Positions 7,535 to 10,754 of a stretch of 10,754 bases of DNA are shown piece by piece. The stretch is taken from NCBI GenBank assembly GCA_030637655.1, contig DAOWGI010000041.1, positions 1 through 10,754 on the forward strand, written 5' to 3'. The notes under the pieces were generated by a model. It had not been told where the DNA came from. It saw only the letters and a program-made list of their open reading frames with translations, and did no database searches. A program made the position numbers and the translations under genes. Position 1 is the first letter of the stretch. The number at the start of each line of letters is the position of its first letter. Origin of the DNA: a candidate division FCPU426 bacterium (GTDB lineage: Bacteria; Oederibacteriota; JAAXVQ01; JAUVAV01).

Positions 7535-7542
7535 AAATATGT

Positions 7543-8103
7543 TTATTCCCAGCTAAGCAACCATTTCCAGGCCTTGGGATTGCTGTCATCACGCTGAATA
7601 TTTATTTTCTTCGCTCCTGCCAATTCCAGCATGCCATACAAAAATCCATCCATACTTTCCCGCAAGGCTTTAGGATACTGCGGATAATTATCCACCACAT
7701 AGTTTTTTTGTTTGGCATGCAAACCATTTTCCAGACGCGCTGTCCCATAGTGATAAAAAAGACGCCACATCTTCTCCGCAATTTTAAGCATAAATCCAGT
7801 CGGCAACAGTCTGAACCACATGCGCGCAATCCCGCGAACATATTCTTTGATCAGTGCCCGTCCCATATCCTGCAAGCCTGGTTGAACATCCGCGTATATA
7901 ATACTTGCTGCTTTGGCAACAATGAGCGCTGCTGTTTCCGCCGGCAGCCAATCGGTTGCCTGTGCTTGTTTATAGTAGCGTGCTGCTTCTGAAGACAAAC
8001 CCACACACATACTCTTTTCAGCAGCTTCCCCTTTAGCCCAAATCTTTTCACGTGCTATCATGATGAGGTTGGCTTTGTAATCGTTGTGCATATTGTCATC
8101 CAT
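7543..8103 (-). CDS. Hypothetical protein, DUF2378/TIGR02265-like (V4R/H-NOX-like small alpha/beta domain)
   Basis: 186 aa from ATG 8103 (alternative ATG 8091). Pattern W.P....... A...Y......L..MGR, W..FY..G, G...G.LEL.GAK, terminal W.W..SWE resembles DUF2378-type proteins as recalled from memory. The ORF is well supported; the family call is tentative. Confidence 0.6.
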   Translation of the reverse strand: MDDNMHNDYKANLIMIAREKIWAKGEAAEKSMCVGLSSEAARYYKQAQATDWLPAETAALIVAKAASIIYADVQPGLQDMGRALIKEYVRGIARMWFRLLPTGFMLKIAEKMWRLFYHYGTARLENGLHAKQKNYVVDNYPQYPKALRESMDGFLYGMLELAGAKKINIQRDDSNPKAWKWLLSWE

Positions 8104-8116
8104 AATTTTAATTGCC

Positions 8117-8143
8117 GTATGGGCGGGGTAACCCCGCCCATAC
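8117..8143. repeat. REP-like palindrome, GTAT-ended variant
   Basis: GTATGGGCGGGGT-A-ACCCCGCCCATAC: 13-bp perfect arms around a 1-nt centre, with the same end architecture as GTAG REPs. Confidence 0.65.
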
Positions 8144-8154
8144 AATTACATTCC

Positions 8155-8192
8155 AAATAAAAAGCCCTGCACCTTATCGGTGCAGGGCTTTT
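8155..8192 (-). terminator. Rho-independent terminator of rplM-rpsI (potentially bidirectional)
   Basis: Minus strand AAAA-GCCCTGCACC-gataa-GGTGCAGGGC-TTTTTATTT, beginning 16 nt after the rpsI stop. Confidence 0.9.
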
Positions 8193-8208
8193 GCAAACCA
8201 ATGTCCGT

Positions 8209-8637
8209 TTAACGTTTGGAAAACTGAAAACGCTTACGCGCGCCAGGCTGGCCATATTTTTTACGTTCCACCATACGGGAATCACGCGTTAAAAATTTCG
8301 CCTTGGAAAGGACGCTCCGCAAATCCCCATCCGCTTTGACCAAAGCCCGTGCCACACCGTGCAAAATCGCACCTGCTTGGCCGGTCATGCCGCCGCCCTG
8401 CACATTAACATGCACATCAAACTTATTCGCATTTGTAGTGATTTCCAGCGGTTGACGAATACGTGTCCGATAAGTCGGACGGGTGAAGTATTCATCCGCC
8501 GGGCGATGATTAATAAAAACATTTCCCTGTCCGGGTTTCAAACGTACCCGGGCCACTGAACATTTACGGCGTCCAGTGCCTAAAAATTCCACGGCTGAAG
8601 GCTGGGAAGAATTTTGCGCTGTGTTCGTTTCTTCCAT
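8209..8637 (-). CDS. rpsI: 30S ribosomal protein S9
   Basis: [62 protein letters not shown]. Confidence 0.99.
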   Translation of the reverse strand: MEETNTAQNSSQPSAVEFLGTGRRKCSVARVRLKPGQGNVFINHRPADEYFTRPTYRTRIRQPLEITTNANKFDVHVNVQGGGMTGQAGAILHGVARALVKADGDLRSVLSKAKFLTRDSRMVERKKYGQPGARKRFQFSKR

Positions 8638-8640
8638 TGT

Positions 8641-9069
8641 TTATATCTCCAATTTTTCAGGTTTTTGAGCAATTTGCTCATGTTTGTCGCCCTTGTAAAT
8701 CTTGAGTTTTTTTATCATATTACGACCCAAGGTGTTTTTTGGCAGCATTCCTCTTACTGCCAATTTAAATACTTGCTCGGGTTTCTTCTGCATTAATTCA
8801 GCATAGGGTGTAAACTTCGCGCCACCCGGCCAGCCGGAGTGAGTAAAATTCATCTTCTGCTCAAGTTTCTTTCCGGTCAGTTTTATCTTTTCCGCATTGA
8901 TGGCCACAATATGATCCCCGGTGTCCAGATGAGGGGTATAGATCGCTTTATGCTTTCCCTTCAAAATACTGGCAACACGTGTAGCTGCACGACCCAGGAC
9001 TTTCCCTTCCAGGTCGACCAGATACCATTTGCGTTCCACCTTTCCGGTTTTGGGAAAAGGCGTAGACAT
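8641..9069 (-). CDS. rplM: 50S ribosomal protein L13
   Basis: RKWYLVD..GKVLGR.AT..A.IL.GKHK..YTPH.DTGD, HSG.PGG, AVRGMLPKN.LGR; SD AGGAGG at 9082-9077. Confidence 0.99.
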   Translation of the reverse strand: MSTPFPKTGKVERKWYLVDLEGKVLGRAATRVASILKGKHKAIYTPHLDTGDHIVAINAEKIKLTGKKLEQKMNFTHSGWPGGAKFTPYAELMQKKPEQVFKLAVRGMLPKNTLGRNMIKKLKIYKGDKHEQIAQKPEKLEI

Positions 9070-9128
9070 GGCAATTCCTCCTTCAAATACCAGCGGCGCA
9101 TAGTTTGGGCCACTATAATGAGTCCGAT

Positions 9129-9157
9129 AATTTACCCAATTCAGGGCCTGATGTCAA
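9129..9157 (-). promoter_or_regulatory. Sigma70-type promoter of rplM-rpsI
   Basis: TTGACA (9157-9152), 17-nt spacer, TAAATT (9134-9129), about 60 nt upstream of the rplM ATG. Confidence 0.75.
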
Positions 9158-9290
9158 GAGAAAAACATTTAATTTATTGGCATTTTTTAGGCGAAGTGAC
9201 GCACATTAAATGTTACCGAAGGCTGAGATGTCCATTTCTTAGCTTTTGATTATAGCTCTTAACTTACTGGATATTTTTTCATGTCCGTTG

Positions 9291-9305
9291 TATATATATA
9301 TATAT
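9291..9305. repeat. (TA)7T dinucleotide microsatellite
   Basis: tatatatatatatat seen directly, ending 39 nt upstream of the sixA ATG. Confidence 0.8.
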
Positions 9306-9344
9306 GTTTTAAGGATTAGGATTGCTGGAAAGGGGGGGCTGCAC

Positions 9345-9827
9345 ATGAGACTCTATCTAATGCAGCACGGGAAAGCAGTGCTTAAAGAAGAAAATCCGGA
9401 TCAGCCTTTATCTGATATCGGTCGCCAGGATGTGGAAGCAGTGGCTGGATTTCTGCATGCTGCCGGTCTTCGCCTTCAATCCATTTTTCACAGCGGCAAG
9501 ACCCGGGCTAGGCAGACGGCTGAAGTCATAGCCGCCCACCTAAATTCTCAATCCAAAATAATTGAAAAAGCCGGACTCACACCGCTTGACGAGGTGGCTT
9601 CCATTGCGCAAGAGTTGGAAGAAAAGCAGGAAGACCTAATGCTGGTGGGACACTTGCCGCATTTGGCAAAACTTGCTTCCCGGTTGATTGCAGAAAACGA
9701 ATCCCTGGCTGTTGTTCAATTCCAGCAAGGAAGTGTGGCATGTCTCCAAAAAAATCCTGAAGGTACATGGAGCATGGCTTGGATGCTTATTCCCGAGCTG
9801 ATCCGCATGTTTTCTATAAATAAATAA
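9345..9827 (+). CDS. sixA: Phosphohistidine phosphatase SixA-like (histidine phosphatase superfamily)
   Basis: 160 aa from ATG 9345 after a G-rich SD: LYLMQHGKA, PLS..G, HSGKTRARQTA, LMLVGHLP.L..L...L, F..G.V.CL. Confidence 0.85.
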   Translation: MRLYLMQHGKAVLKEENPDQPLSDIGRQDVEAVAGFLHAAGLRLQSIFHSGKTRARQTAEVIAAHLNSQSKIIEKAGLTPLDEVASIAQELEEKQEDLMLVGHLPHLAKLASRLIAENESLAVVQFQQGSVACLQKNPEGTWSMAWMLIPELIRMFSINK

Positions 9828-10025
9828 TCCCGTTTACTACTACTACATCCCCTTCGTTTTCTAAGAATGATTAATGCGAGCAATTCGATTTAACATCAGT
9901 ATTTGAAAAGACTGCCTTAATTAAAAAAGGGGGAAATGCCGGCATGGAAAAAGCCGCATTAAATTACTCAAAAAACGGGGTCTAAGTTAATGAGTGGGCT
10001 AAATTCAGACTACCAGGAGGCAATC

Positions 10026-10514
10026 ATGAAGAGGTCTATTTCCCGTGAAAAGAGAAAAGATAGAAACTTAAAAGAACATTACCATGATACCTATAAATCA
10101 CAACTGAAATTGCCGGAGCCCACACTCTGCCCGAAGTGTCAGGCGGTTTTCGAGAATGGACGATGGAGATGGGCCCGGCGTCCGGTAGGGGCATATGAAT
10201 TGATTTGTCCTGCCTGCCATCGGATCAGAGATAAATTTCCTGCGGGCATTTTGATTTTAAACGGTGAATTCCTGGGCAAACATAAGGATGAAATATTAAA
10301 CTTATGCCATAATGAGGAAACCAACGCTAAGCAGAAGCATCCCCTGCACCATATTATGGAAATTGCAGAAGAGAGGGGTTGCATAAAAATAACATTCACT
10401 GACAACCATCTCCCTCGTCGTATCGGGGATGCATTGTTTCATGCCTATAAAGGAGAGCTGGATTTCCATTATGCCGAAGAAGATAAATTTATACGGGTGA
10501 CCTGGAAACGCTAG
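10026..10514 (+). CDS. BCAM0308-family / NMD3-like Zn-ribbon protein
   Basis: 162 aa from ATG 10026 with SD AGGAGG at 10015-10020: HDTY...KLPEPT.CPKC.AVF..GRW.W, CPAC.RI.D..PAG, HPL..I, T..HL.RRIG.AL..AYKGEL, RV.W.R. Confidence 0.8.
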   Translation: MKRSISREKRKDRNLKEHYHDTYKSQLKLPEPTLCPKCQAVFENGRWRWARRPVGAYELICPACHRIRDKFPAGILILNGEFLGKHKDEILNLCHNEETNAKQKHPLHHIMEIAEERGCIKITFTDNHLPRRIGDALFHAYKGELDFHYAEEDKFIRVTWKR

Positions 10515-10746
10515 ATAAAAATATTCCCGCATCCCATACATTTTCAGTACAAATTCTTCTCGTTGACGTATTTGAACCTTAAACATAGATAATAATATTC
10601 AAATGCGGTCAACTTTCTACTTTCGATTCTCAACGCTTACTTTATTACAATGCGGTTTTAGTACCGTAAGAAGCTGTGAAATAATTATCCAAAAATTCCT
10701 TAAACTAGTCTACTGGCTATGATAAGATATATCCCATCAACAATGC

Positions 10747-10752
10747 AGGAGG
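10747..10752 (+). promoter_or_regulatory. Ribosome-binding site of a gene starting just beyond the window
   Basis: AGGAGG at the very end of an AT-rich intergenic stretch. Confidence 0.55.
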
Positions 10753-10754
10753 TA

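Noticed and set aside
7372-7536. CRISPR array (two identical 30-bp repeats)
   Set aside because: Only two copies, a 105-bp spacer, fully palindromic GTAG/CTAC-ended repeats and no cas genes; fits REPs better.
7495-7992. 165-aa plus-strand ORF
   Set aside because: Antisense to the better-supported 7543-8103 CDS and starts across a REP.
9100-9116. L13-leader-like autoregulatory hairpin in the rplM 5' UTR (AUAGU-N7-ACUAU)
   Set aside because: A 5-bp AU-rich stem is too weak to support without covariation or an Rfam search.
9141-9151. TCAGG-G-CCTGA palindrome in the rplM promoter spacer as an operator
   Set aside because: 5-bp arms are expected by chance and no cognate regulator is evident.
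9246-9344. N-terminal extension of SixA in the ORF track
   Set aside because: It runs through the (TA)n tract; the family start and SD support ATG 9345.
9835-9985. (TAC)4 run and a 13-codon mini-ORF (9944-9985, MEKAALNYSKNGV) after a G-rich SD-like stretch
   Set aside because: Too short to distinguish from chance; no leader-peptide or attenuator structure seen.
10563-10668. TTGACG possible -35 and repeated AATGCGGT (10602, 10649)
   Set aside because: No good -10 at 16-18 nt spacing, and an 8-mer repeat in AT-rich DNA is not significant.

Overview
Bacterial chromosomal window, mostly housekeeping. The minus strand 10-7273 carries the 5' part of a dcw (division/cell wall) operon: mraZ - STAS anti-sigma-factor-antagonist-like gene - rsmH - ftsL - ftsI (2 PASTA domains) - murE - murF. 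It has a sigma70-type promoter (TTGACA-N17-TACATT) and three 10-bp-phased GTGG MraZ boxes. Upstream on the minus strand are rplM-rpsI with their own promoter and intrinsic terminator, then an uncharacterised DUF2378/TIGR02265-like gene bracketed by GTAG-family REP-like palindromes (two identical perfect palindromes, one truncated copy, one GTAT variant). The plus strand carries a SixA-like histidine phosphatase (QHG variant) and a BCAM0308-like CxxC...CxxC protein. The most notable observations are (i) a STAS protein lacking the canonical phosphoacceptor Ser, inserted between the normally adjacent mraZ and rsmH and apparently translationally coupled to rsmH, and (ii) the REP-bracketed orphan gene just upstream of the dcw promoter. 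Family calls come from motif recognition only; no database searches were run.
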